Source: Utricularia gibba (taxonomy: Eukaryota; Plantae; Magnoliophyta). From it: a stretch of DNA of 64,000 bases. How positions within the stretch are numbered: the stretch's first letter is position 1; each line of letters starts with the position of its first letter. The stretch spans positions 1,364,001 to 1,428,000 of the forward strand of contig NEEC01000008.1 in NCBI GenBank assembly GCA_002189035.1, given 5' to 3'. Positions 26,326 through 38,789 of the stretch are shown piece by piece. The position numbers were made by a program, and so were the translations under genes. The notes beneath the pieces are model-generated. The model did not search any database. It worked only from the letters and a program-made list of their open reading frames with translations, and was not told where the DNA came from.

Positions 26326-27581
26326 TCCTCATTTGCTGCAAATGCGTATTAGCTATTGACTTATCTTCTCAATTGGCTGCTGAAGCTTTATGGGGAATAA
26401 TAGACCTGCCTTCCAATGATATATTTGCAGCACTGTTAAGCTCATCCTTGTACGTTTGATAAGTTGACAGAAGAAAATGACATTGTGAATGGTGGTGCCT
26501 TTGGAGTGTCAGACACGGTGCCACATGGAAGGGTCATACAAGCAAACATAAAATAAAGTTGTCAAAACGTGGGGGCAGAAACATATGAATTCAACATGAC
26601 AATAGATGGCTAAACTACTTCAAATCAATATTGCAAATGCTAGAAGCCTCTTTTTTATTTTTTAATCTAACAAGACTGTATGCTGAAATAACCGAAAACA
26701 TCTTTAGCATCAAAACAAGGAAAAAAAGAACAAACCACATGAATACATCAATGCAAACATTCCCATCATCATGAATGTCAGCCTGCACATCTGTTACATG
26801 GTTAGGGGCAACAGATTCGACTAATAAAGGAGCGCTTGCATCGTGGTAAACAAAGAGGGTGGAATTAGAGTTCAAAAGAAGGCATGGGACATGATTAAAC
26901 CGAAGGTGCTAAATCCAATCATTCACAGTGATCCCAATCTTTACATACTATGGTTCACTGACAAAGGTTAACAAACTCCTATGGCAATAGGCTCTAGATA
27001 ACACCCCATATCAAGCTAACAAAAGAAAAATAGGCATATGCACCGTCCATCTATGTTGACAGTATGCCTCTCGCTCTGTGAATGATTCACCAGTATACTT
27101 CAACTAAGGCAGAGCTCCAGCAAACTCAATCATGCCGATCTTTACTAGTGTGCTATGTTGTCAATGTCTGCATATGCAGTATCAGCAAAATCAGGTTCAA
27201 CAAGACAGTCACAAACACATTACATGACGAGGTATCATACAAGTAGATATTGACCATAAGAAAAAACGAGAACTTCAAAAATCAACCACTATTTTGAAAA
27301 CCAGTTTTCTACTGCTCTCACTGATTTGTGAATGTCACCGATTTTGGGCAAACAGAATCATTAGTTTGACCAAGGAATGAAAACAAAGACTGAACACAAA
27401 ACACCAACCAAATTTTTCCAAGCAATGAGATGTGAAAATCAAAATGCCTTTTCCCCAACCAAGTTTCATCTTACCGACCTCCATCCTTAAAAGGTCTTTT
27501 CTCAACATGCTCATTGAAGAAGTAAAACATGGAATTCGATCGAAGGCTCATGGATGCAACAATTATTCTACTCATCCAAGA

Positions 27582-28304
27582 TCAACAAAAAACAACGAGG
27601 GAAGAAATGAAGTACCAGAGCATGGTGACACGATAGGATTCAGCAGCAACACCCGCCAGATACAATCCAGGAAACACGCTCTGACAACAGAAAAACCACC
27701 ATTTTGAAGATGAATTTGAGAAATTAGAAAGCTTTGAGTTGATATGCAAGCATAGGGACAATGAATCTAAGGGACATACATCGAGTTGCTTCTGAACATG
27801 CTTAGGCCATTTTTTGGGTCTGCGAGCAGGCCGGCCGCCGGTCAAAGAGTAAACATCTTCCTCAATTTCTTCTCTTGATAAAGAAATCCAAACCCTAGAC
27901 TCCCCTTTCCTATCAACTCCTCCGTAGTGCTTCCCTCCTCCGCCACCGCCTCCGCCTCTCAGCCGCTGAGATTTCACGCCGCAATTCCCTTTATTGTCAC
28001 CAACTGTTACTTCCTTCTTTGCCGGTTTCATAATCTCCTTCCTTGGCCGCAAGTTCCACGGCTTAGCTTCTCCATTCTCCTCCTCCAAACCCCCATCCAA
28101 GGCGGCGGGCTGCGATTGCTTCTTGGGCTTAGCTTCGGCATCAGTTCCATGGTCCGTGTGATTCCGATCAGGGGAGTCTCGGTGGCGGAAGCGTTGAGGA
28201 TGCGAATTAGAGGCTCCAGCAGAAGCTAGAGTCTTGTGAGCCCATTTGAGGCTGGGCAAGGAGAAGTTATGCAATGGTTGCGATTTGGCCGGTGTCGCCG
28301 CCAT
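27582..28304 (-). CDS. DUF1639 family protein; 3' end uncertain
   Basis: LHNFSLPSLKW, KPWNLRPRK, ISLSREEIEEDVYSLTGGRPARRPKK and QLD|SVFPGLYL. Confidence 0.85.
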   Translation of the reverse strand: MAATPAKSQPLHNFSLPSLKWAHKTLASAGASNSHPQRFRHRDSPDRNHTDHGTDAEAKPKKQSQPAALDGGLEEENGEAKPWNLRPRKEIMKPAKKEVTVGDNKGNCGVKSQRLRGGGGGGGGKHYGGVDRKGESRVWISLSREEIEEDVYSLTGGRPARRPKKWPKHVQKQLDVCPLDSLSLCLHINSKLSNFSNSSSKWWFFCCQSVFPGLYLAGVAAESYRVTMLWYFISSLVVFC

Positions 28305-30066
28305 CAGGATCACCGCATGTACGATGAGAGCACAGTTTTCCGGCGCCTGAGATGAGATTTGGGAGCAGAATCAGATGGGCGATGATACAGAGACGCCGAG
28401 TTGGGGCCGGTAAGAGACCACCGCGTCGCGCATGAGACGTAGGTATACGGAATGAAAGAATAACCTCCTCGTCTGGGTCTCTTATTTGGTTGTCTAATTT
28501 TAATAAAAAAATCAAAATAATGGGTTGCTTTCCAGAAATAATATTTTTAATTTCTGAAATTAAATGCTATGATAGTGACGCACTATATGACCATATATTT
28601 TCAGTTAATATGAGGAAAATGGGGTTTTTCACTTGATCCACAAATCAGGATATAATGTCGGAATTCATGAATTTTAAATGTATCCATATTTAATATTAAA
28701 TTATTTATTAACAAATAATTAAACTATAAATATTTAAAATTAGATAATAACCATTAACAAATAAGTAACAAATTAATAACATACTATTATAAAAAAAATG
28801 ACTTTTAATGATAACAATCATGGCAATCATTGGCAATAATAAGCTGGAGAAGGTAAGAAACTATAAGAATTGAACAATATTGGAACAAATAAATGAAAAA
28901 TAGATTTCTTGTATTTTTATTTTTTTTTAAAATAACTTATTCACTACATCTATTTACTTGAGGTAAAGAATCCTCACAACACGGTCGCATGTTATTTTAC
29001 AATACTCAATAAACTTATGGTTTTTTGCAATAAACTGAGAATTTGATTGTAATGAACGGCTCATGCAAGTCATCTTGTTTGTAGTAGGAGAAAAAGGGAC
29101 TGTAGGGAAGAGATGGAAGAAGCTCAGTTGCCCAAGAGTGAAGTTAAAAAGGTTCGGAGATCTGGTAAATAAGGAAGCTTTGACATGGGCACCAAGGACT
29201 AGTGCTGGTTGGCTCATTTCTGAGGGTTCACTAGCGCTTGTTGCCCAATCTTTGTCTAGCCCAGATCGATACGAGCCAACACCTGGTAGCTGCTTGTGGC
29301 TGAGCAGGTTAGCATGTGGAATTAGAGAAAGCAGAAGATGGGATATGAAGCATTCGACCCAAACTAGGCTTGCTACACCACAAACACAGAGGAAGCAACT
29401 TATAGCATAATGGGAACATAGCAGGAACCTGGTTTCTTTTGATTTTGCAGGCTGTGGCATGTTCAAGAGTACCAGACTGTGGCTGTGGCGTAATCCATCT
29501 TTTCTAAACAAGAGGGGGCACCATGAACAATCTGTCGTTTTGACCAGACAAGGTATGGCTGTTTCTGCGGTGGGTTCTCCCTTTTCTAGTGAGTGATTGC
29601 ACTAGAGTAAAAGGGGACAAGGGGGAGGACGGTGGGTAGAGCCTGGTCTCGGTGGTGCTGACCTTTATTTCCTAAGGATTTTGGGACCAGAGCAAGGTTA
29701 GGTAACCAGCCTAGCGCTAGTCCAGGACCATCATTCGAATGGTGTACTCCATTTTCTGCTAAACTGCTTCATAGTTCGACCGAGGTTGAGGATGATCAGG
29801 AGAAGGTGTACTACGCTCTGGCGTTTCAATACTATGAGAAGATGAGATTATACAGTAAGGCACGGCAGCCACATTCAGAATACACACACCACACATACAG
29901 AAAAAGAAAAAAAAAACAAGGCGAGAACTGTGGTCCAAGTGAAGCAGCAGTTCCTCGCAGATAGATAGAAGCAACTTGGAAGAAAAAAATTTATTGGTAC
30001 GTACCTGCACTTGATAAAAAGCAGCACAAGTCTTGGAAATGGACGATCGGCCACGATTGACGGCCA

Positions 30067-31268
30067 TCAGGATCCTTGGGAGATCCGACCCGGAAACGAA
30101 TCAGCGCCCGAGATGGGTACTTCATCACCACCCTGAACTGCCATGCTCGCATAGGAACCCGGAACCAGCGCCATGTTTCTTGCGCCATAGTACACTGAAT
30201 TATCGGTGACGTACCCGGCTGGAAAATCGGGTTGCCGTACGCCTGCTCCGTAAACAGGACCCGGAAATCCGACTGGCAATTGACCCTGAATAACCGGAAA
30301 AGATTGAACGAATTGGGGTTGAACCGGTAGCGGTGGGACCGGAACATTTCCTGCCGGCAGGTAATACATCGCCGGAATAGACTGAACCGCCTGGCTTTGG
30401 TAATGGTAGATTGGAGCACCGGAGAAGGCGGTTGACTGTGAGATTGGTTTCTCAACAGATTCTCTGGTGTATTCAAGTGGAACAGGGTTTTCTTGCCGGG
30501 TTTTAACCGGAGGGAGGTCCGGGATGACCGGTAACCCTGGTGGAGGTAGAGAAGTGGAAGTGGAACAGAAGGGGGAAGAGATGGCCGGGGCGGGTGAACC
30601 CGGATCCGAAGCCGAAACGTTGTCGTTTGCAACGCTCTTACTCTTGATCGTGTGGTTGCTTTCTTTTGAAGCATCGTCCGGGTTATCAAACCCGAATAGA
30701 TAATCCGGCACCTCGGAGACGATCGACGACACCTCCGATCGGCCGCGCTCTAGCACCGAGGGGGTGGCGCCCCCGCGATTGAGTGCGTCGACGAACCAAT
30801 TCTCGCGCTTAGCCGAACCGTCAAGGAGAGAATCGATGTTCGACCCTCTGGCCTCGGAACTCTCCGTCGGGAAGAGGAAAAGGCGAAGGCGAGCCGATTT
30901 ATGGCTGACAGCTGCGCGATCGTACTCCTCCATCATATTCTCGACGTCTTCGTCGCCGGTGACGGTGATTAGCGCATCCAGATCCTCGTTCGGTAACTGG
31001 TACTTTATGCTAATATCGGTTGTACCCGACAGTTTCGCGAGTTTCGACAGGAGCAAGGAAAAGGACGTGTGGCGGTTTACCGCGACGATTCGAGTATCCC
31101 GCCGACGTATCGGAGCTGATTGTCGTGCGGACGAGGCAAGATTTTACCGCCAAAGCTGCACATGAAACGCAGCCGCGGTTGGAACGCAGCGCCGGCGGCG
31201 TCCTCGTGGTTGTGATGATCGGCGCGTGGCGTGGACTCCACAGAGTCGTGGTCCGGTTCGCATGCCAT
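30067..31268 (-). CDS. PB1 (Octicosapeptide/Phox/Bem1p) domain protein; apparent 1-bp deletion at 31098-31100
   Basis: RFMCSFGGKILPRPHDNQLRYVGG then, after a frame change, DTRIVAV...KYQLPNEDLDALITVTGDEDVENMMEEYDR...RLRLFLFP. Confidence 0.9.
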
Positions 31269-31869
31269 GGTCACGAACCGAGCAACAGAGACCAAGCGTT
31301 GTTGTTCCGTTGGCCTCCCAAAATAAATAGCCAAGACAGAGTACAGGCCGAGTGGGCTTAGCTGGCACTTTGCGTACTACAGAAATGGAAAACGACTCCA
31401 AATCCGAATAAAACACATCCCAGGACAATTTAGTAATTTGCTCTCCATGTCTTTACGCTGAATCTTGAGCGATAAAGGTTAAAGCGGGAAAAAGAAACTA
31501 TTAGGACAAAATATTTTAATTGAACGATGTGGGCCAGGGGCGGTGGCGGTAGGGACCAGCATGGGGCCCCCATCTAATCTAAAAAAAAGAAAAAAAAAAG
31601 AAATCTTTTCTGTGTGCATGCGTGCACCTGGAGAGAGGAGATGCAACGAGCCTCTCTTTCTGTGAGACTCCTTCATGGAGGCATGAGCCCAACCGGGTTT
31701 GAGCAGCAGCGATTGAAGAGCGTGAGTATGCATCCCATCGGAGGCCGGATTAGGCTTCTGCTGCCACCGCTGTTTCATTCAAACGCAGCAGCAGATGGTG
31801 GAACATCTAACAAGAAACGAAGACAGCCGTCTTAGGGGCATTAATTAATTCCATGAGGAGGATGAACCG

Positions 31870-32673
31870 TCACTGTTACTATCACTGTGCAAGCGTTGGC
31901 ATCCATATTTACTTTGTTGTAGCAAATGATGGATGCAATCAGGAGGGTGGATTGAGTCTCCCGTCTGGCGGCCACCAGAAGTCAAAGGACTCCTTGACTT
32001 CGTGTAAGAATGCGAAGGGGATCATACTCGAGGCAGAAACAAACTCATGTATCATGCACTGCACCATATCATGTAGCTGGATAAACGCCTTTGGGGTTAG
32101 ACGACTCTGTTGCTTCGGCATTTTCAGAGTGCATTGAGCAGGTGTTGTGCCCTCTCTGTGAGCAACCGCCTTAAAGAACTCCAGAAGATTAAAACGACCT
32201 TTGTGTGGAAGTTCAGCAGTCATGCCAACGTCAAGCATGAGGTTATTTATGGCTTTGAAGATCCTTCTGCGGGATGGCTCACTCTGAGATGCAGAAACAA
32301 GTGCGTTTCCAGGATGCATATCAACATGAACAAAGTTGTCCACCTGGTCAAAAAAAATGGAATGCGTGAATACAGAAAAGGAAAAGCAAATGAGAAGCTG
32401 AACGAAGAAATACCTCCCCTCAACCACATCATGTGTTCTTTTTCGAGGAATAGGGCTAAACGAAGGACTGGTGTTCATTTTGCTTCTATCGACTAAAAAT
32501 GTGGAAGAAAAAATGAAATGTACCATATTTCGCATTTGCAACTTGGGTTCCACACATAATAGGAAGGGAACGATGACATGATAGCGGCTGATGCCCAGAA
32601 TGATGGCCTGTGCTTTGCCGTTTGGAGAAGTAGGCAAAGACCTTTTCCATGCTACTTGAGTACAGCAGGCCAT
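31870..32673 (-). pseudogene. ABC1/AarF-domain kinase (ADCK2-like) pseudogene with a large internal deletion
   Basis: QVAWKR N-terminal remnant lies close to DNFVHVDMHPGN, LDVGMTAEL, LLEFFKAVA, EVKESFDFW and VNMDANACTV; frameshifts; VAVK kinase lobe absent. Confidence 0.8.
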
Positions 32674-33724
32674 GGGATTACCAGAACACTGGTGGCTTAC
32701 TTTCGACGGGAACTACATCCCGGTTTTTTCCACACCTCCTGGGATGCATCACAAACTCCCCATTTTCTACTTAGGAAGTGTGAGGAGAATTTAGATTGCT
32801 AGCAAGTAATTAGCTTGGGAAAGCCCCATATGCCTGTGAGCATAAATTTTCACTTTCAATGGATCCATATTGTGACCCTGGTGACGTGAAACATCTCCCT
32901 TTACAAGCTGCGCAACAGCCCTTTCAACTCTGGTCAGCATCACCCATTTCCAGATGATATGAGGAAGGCTTTAAGCTTTCATCTCCAACACAAACGTCGC
33001 AATACTGAGCAACCAACAGGCATCTTCATTGAAAAAGGGCGGCCTGTAAAACATCCCACAAATTCCCATGTCTGCCAATTCACAAGCATCGCTTTCTCCG
33101 CACGAAACTACATATTGCTGGTAGCAAAGAAGGATTCGCGATTGGGGATCTGAATGCAGTCCGCGACTGGTTCCTCGAGGATAAGCTCAAAAGAGAGGAG
33201 AACATCGACTCTACCAGATTCTGAATTGAATTCAGAGCTGAACGTCTATGATTTTTTTAATTTTGATTTCAAAATCTTATAAAAAAGTAAAATTTGTTTA
33301 AAATTTATAAATATTAAATTTTAATAATTATTTTTTTATCATATTTTATAATAGATTGAACATTATAAAAAATTAATTTAAAATCATGAGTAAAATGAAG
33401 TACAAATTGAATTGCAAACCTGTATTATTTCCCAAAATATTAATTTTCCTATTACGATAAAATGAAAAAAAAGGGGTAACTGTTTATTATAAAAAAATGG
33501 ATTATTCAATTTCAAAGCTTACCAAACTTTTTGAATCTTTTTTGGGCGAAGTAGGAATGAAAGTCAAGAATATAAAAGCAAGGGGACCAGAAAGACTGCG
33601 GAAGAAGACTCCGCCAAATCAACCGTTGGGAATTTTCCACAGCTCGAAAGGAGCTTGCTGAAAACTCGATCGAACAAGCAGAAACTTGAAAGCGCCGTTG
33701 TTTTGCGCCACCGCGTTGCTGAGA

Positions 33725-35161
33725 ATGGCGATCACTGAGGATAAATCGCCTGGGGAGTCTAAGCGGTGGGGGATTTTCAAGTTCCCTTTCCGTAATCCGC
33801 AGTCATCCACGTGGAATTCAGTTCAAAATCAAGGTCACTCAAGCGCCGATGGATCCGGCGGGAGCTCTGTTACTTCGGTTGCAAGATCTCTTCTCCACCG
33901 ACGGCGTCGTCATTTGAAGCTCGATCCTTCGAATAAGCTCTACTTTCCTTGTGTGGATCGGAAATCCTTTTTCTGTTTCTCCATTTTATTCGTCACTTTT
34001 TTTTGCTCATTCTCATAGGACTCTTCTGAATTTTTTTGTTATTTCTGTGTTTAATCATGAGTGTTAATGCGCAATAGACCTGATGAATATTGCTTATCCT
34101 GATGATGGAATCATTTGTTATTTGCGATTGGGACACAGTGATAGGGAGATATTTATTTATGAGCATTAAATTCTGATTTGAGCACCATGCTACTGCAGAT
34201 GAACCTGGGAAACAAGTCCGAAGTGCCATTAAGATTCGGAATTCGAGCAAGTCTCATGTAGCTTTTAAGGTACGCTAAATGAATCTAGTTCCTTCATTTA
34301 TTTGGTTTCCTGTTTACTCGTGGGGTGATGCTTCTTTGTTGTTTCTCTTGTGTAGTTCCAAACAACCGCACCTAAAAGTTGCTTCATGCGCCCTCCTGGG
34401 GCCATGCTTGCTCCTGGAGAAAGTGTCATCGCAACAGGTGAGAAGTTGCTTGCCTGAGAGGGGCAATATCTCAATGTTTCGAGCGCTGAACTCTTGTGTG
34501 CTTGTTCCATGATGTTATTCCTAGTATTCAAGTTTGTAGAGCCTCCGAGGACAATGAGAAGCCCATGGATCAGAAATGCACGGTGAAGTTTAAGATAATG
34601 AGCTTGAAGGTTAAAGAGCCGGTGGAATATGTACCTGAATTGGTTGGTCCCTTCAAATCTTTGTATGATGACTACTAGTAGAATTTGATAACTTATTTTT
34701 ATACTTGCTTACTTCTTCAACATTCATGGAACAGTTCGATGAACGTAAAGATGAAGTAGCTGTGGAGCAGATACTAAGAGTTGTCTTTCTTAACATGGAA
34801 CGCCCTAGCCCCGTCAGTAAAAACCACGTCCTTGCCCCAACTTCACATAGTTAGTTTTGATTGCATCCATTTTTTTTTTCATTCATGAAGGCTTTAGAGA
34901 AGTTGAATCGTCAGTTGGCCGAAGCTGATTCTGACCTCGAGGCTCGGAAGAAAACACCCGAGGATATAGTTCCAAGGTTCGTTGGAGAAGGGCTCGTCAT
35001 AGATGAATGGGTAAGCCAGGCCATCTCTTTATCCGCATGTTGATTCAAGAAACAATGACTAGCTTCCGTTTTAATGAATGATCACGGTATTTCTTCAGAA
35101 AGAAAGAAGAGAAAAATACCTGGCTCGCCAACAGGGAGAAGAAGTTGCAGACTCTGCATGA
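33725..35161 (+). CDS. Vesicle-associated protein 4 / VAP27-like MSP (PapD-like) domain protein; apparent 1-bp deletion near 34547
   Basis: LKLDPSNKLYFPYEPGKQVRSAIKIRN, AFKFQTTAPKSCFMRPPG, KFKIMSLKVK and GEGLVIDEWKERREKYLARQQ. Confidence 0.9.
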
Positions 35162-35942
35162 CAAACTGAAGTCTAAACTTCAATACAAAACCTCACGTTG
35201 CTGTGATACCTACAGCCATTGGATATTTATTGATCGGTATCACTGGCAATCGGTGTTGCAACTTGAACCTAATGTATATGCATCTTCTGACTGATGCAGA
35301 TGATATTTCTCTTACGAGGATTCAAGTAAGTACTCAGCTCTATAGCTTGTTACCATAATCTAGTCTCTGAGTGACGTAGACTCGAGTGAGAAGGCCAAGT
35401 CCGTTCCTTTTCCAAATGCAACTTTTGGTGAATTTGAAAGGTAAATCTTTGCAATCTTTTTGCAAGCTATATGTACTGTGGACCAGTGCTTGCAGACAGA
35501 AACAGAACTGAACAGACAGCACACGTCACGAGCAACAAAAGAGATAGACAACAGAGGGAAGAGACAAAGAATGGATGAGAACAAAAGAAAAAAGGCAGAT
35601 AGACCAGACATCACATTCATCCCTGGCCAAGTTTGTGGAATAAAACACAACCAGAGCAGCCCCTTTCCACATGCAGTTCCTCATCCTCTTGTCACTTCCA
35701 TGTGCACTTTCCACCCCTAAAAACTCACCCCTTTTGCTTCCCTTTCAAACCATGGTTTAAAGTAGATTTTATTTTGTTGAGAAGATTGTATCATTTGGGA
35801 GTTGCCCTTTTTGTCACTGTGTTAACCCTGAAGCAGATGATGATGGAATGGACAAGGAAGAGAGGAGCTACATGCCCTCTTTGACAATCTCAAGAAGAAA
35901 TTAAAGCACAGCTATTTACATAACAAATCTTGAATGAAAGAT

Positions 35943-37651
35943 TCAAGAATTCAAGAATCTGTTGATCATGCTGCGGAATCTATTAGAAGATGATAGCTTT
36001 TTTACTATCTTTTTCGCATCAGGGAGTTCAGATTCTGCAAGCATTTCTATGTTCCTCAAGTGACCTGGACTGGCAATTGTCTTCCTTGCTGCGCTGGTGC
36101 TCATCAATGATTTGAGTATCGATAGTAACATTTTTTTGCTGGCTGAGTTTGTCTCCGCAGGATCCAGTAACCGCAGCAGAAAAATGATGTTCTCTTCATG
36201 CTGCACGAATCTCTTCTGGTTCTTGGATAGAAGGAGCATGTTGGAGAGTGTTTCAGCAGCCAGTTCGCGTAACTCGAACGATTTCGAATCGAGGAACTTG
36301 AGTAGAACCGGAAGGAAGCCTGCTTCCCCATGGCTCTCTTGGCTTCCTCTGAGGTTCCACACAGCCAGAATGCAGCCTTCAACGCAAGCTCTTGGACAGA
36401 AACCTCACCATGTCTGAGGAAGTAAAGGATGTGATCCATGAAGGGGATGTTCAGCAGCAGATCAATGGAATTCTCAGTTGAAATGAAGACGTTTGCGATC
36501 GCACTCAATGCGATTTCCCTGGTTTTCATTGATACTGTTGTTCTTGGATCCAGTATCTCCACCAGCACCCGCAAACCACCTCCCTTGAAGATCATCTTCC
36601 TCACGGATTCATCACAGTAGGCCATGGTCTGCAGCAGATCAAGTGAGAATATCTGTGAAGCCTCATCTTCACAGTTTGCAAGCTCCACAAGATCAGCAAT
36701 GAGCCCCTGTTCAACCATGAATCTCCTTATTTCTTCAACTCCAGCAACATTTCTCAACACCCCACAAGCTGAAGCAATCAGTTCACCCCCACGTTTGCTT
36801 CCATTCGCACAAATCTTCAGCAGAGCAGTCACTCCATCATGAGCAGAAATCGCCCACGCATTGTCGCAATTCTCAGTGACTTTCATCAAACACCTTGTTG
36901 CATGTTGTTTGCTCCGCTCACTGCTCCCGGATGACTCGATGACCCTAACCAAAGGAGCAACGATTCCGGCAGACAGTAACGCAATTCTACCCGGAGCCAG
37001 CCCCGAGATCACGGCGACAGCTTTTGCAGCTTCGTTGCGGATCCCTTCGTCCGTCGAGTCGAGAAGTTTAACGACGAAATCGACGAATTCGTCGAGCTCC
37101 AGGGCGATCTTCACGTACCTGGGGTCTTCTTCAATCGCTTCGGTGAAGGAAAAAAGGGATTGTTTCTTCATCTCGTTGCTCCCGATTTTCAACCTTGACA
37201 GCAGATCGTTGAGATAGAACGCCATATCATCTTTGGAAGCAGCAACGCACGGCTTGGAAACCACTAGAGCAGTGCTCTGTTTAAGCAATCCCGTAGCGTG
37301 AATATCAGACAAATTCCTGATATGGGAATCGAGTTTCACGCAGAGGATATCGAGGTCACTCTGCATGAGGAGCTTCCCACTGTAACAAGACCCCAGGCAC
37401 AGATTGGCGAGCTCCTCGCAGTGCTTTAGGGTCGCTAAAATGGCGTCCAGACTTATGGAAAGCGACAAAATTTCAACTGGGTCGCAGTGCTCGATTGCGA
37501 TTAGGTGGGAAAACAGATCGCCCAGCTTCGACCTAATGGCCTGCCACTTCGCCGTGAAGACTCCGATTGAATGAGATACCGATACCAAGGCGGACGCCAC
37601 CACTATCGCTGTCTTCAATCTCGGCTTCTCGGCGCCGGAATCTTCACTCAT
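35943..37651 (-). CDS. ARM-repeat superfamily protein, intronless; apparent 1-bp deletion at 36326-36329
   Basis: SCYSGKLLMQSDLD, AWAISAHDGVTALLKIC, CGVLRNVAGVEEI and LAESELPDAKKIVKKLSS; two overlapping ORFs. Confidence 0.9.
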
Positions 37652-38789
37652 TGTTCGGGGTCAGCTCACCTCCGGGAAACCACCATTTTTCTCCGGCGAC
37701 CGAGAAGTTCTTCAATGCAGAAGAATCAAAGGACGCTTGGTATCTGCAAGTGCACAGTTCAGGGAGTACACGACGCTTATCTCTGTGGATCCTAAGCTAT
37801 AACAGAATCATATGATTATGTCATTTTACTAAATTGCCCCCAAACATTTCCCCCGTCAAACGGTAAAAAGAAAAAAATCCAATGATCGAATCTGGTCATC
37901 CAACCTTCACATTCTTCCTGACTCTTAGTGGATATGATATGATATTTCAAAACTTATTGCATCATACATCAATTTCATGTGCATTAATTTCATTTGCATT
38001 CCATATGCATGTGGCTATATTACAAAAAAAATTATTTTCCTTGTGAATTTTAATTTTGTAGCAGTTAGTTATTGCTAATATTCTATGAATCATTGATCAA
38101 AAAATATATATCCTATGAAGCATTTAAATGACCCAACTCCATTTGCAATAGTATTTTAAAGTAATTGGTTCAATATAAATTTATAAATAAATATTTTTAA
38201 TGATTTAAATAATAAGTTTTATATTTCTAAATATGGAACTTGATTTACTTCATTATAAAAGAGTTAAATTCATTGTACCATTAATCACCAACGTCCTGCA
38301 ATTCAGGCATCCACACCGGTGATGATGATGGGCAGGCCCGGCCCGTTCAGGCCCAGTTGTCTGAAATATACGTGATGCATTCTTAAACTGGAGGAGTTTC
38401 TTTGTACAGCGTTACACGGCAGCAAATTACTTGTACATGCACGCACTAGGAGTCTATGCAACGTAGTTACCACATTGAGCTTACACCAACACCCCACCGG
38501 CGACGGCCGACCGGAGATTTCTTCTGTGTGGTCGGCGCTTCATCGAGGGCGGAAGGAGCTGCTGCAGTGGAGGGATGACTGCGGTAGGGAAGGGTTTCCA
38601 ACTTTTCAAGCATCTCCAGCCCCACCCTCCTACACTCGAGCAGGTACCATCGTCAACCATGAGTTAATCCTGCGGAGAACAAGCGATCAGCGGCAACCAA
38701 ACAAAACCCACCATGCAGAAGAAGCTCGCTCATCGGCGTGTGTTTTGAACCGGGAACAGGGAGTACGAGATTCACCTTTTAGCTTCTTC

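Noticed and set aside
28954-29511. 185-aa and 115-aa overlapping ORFs
   Set aside because: No domain features; position fits 3'-UTR or intergenic sequence downstream of the PB1 gene; no TAS3 miR390 or tasiARF motifs
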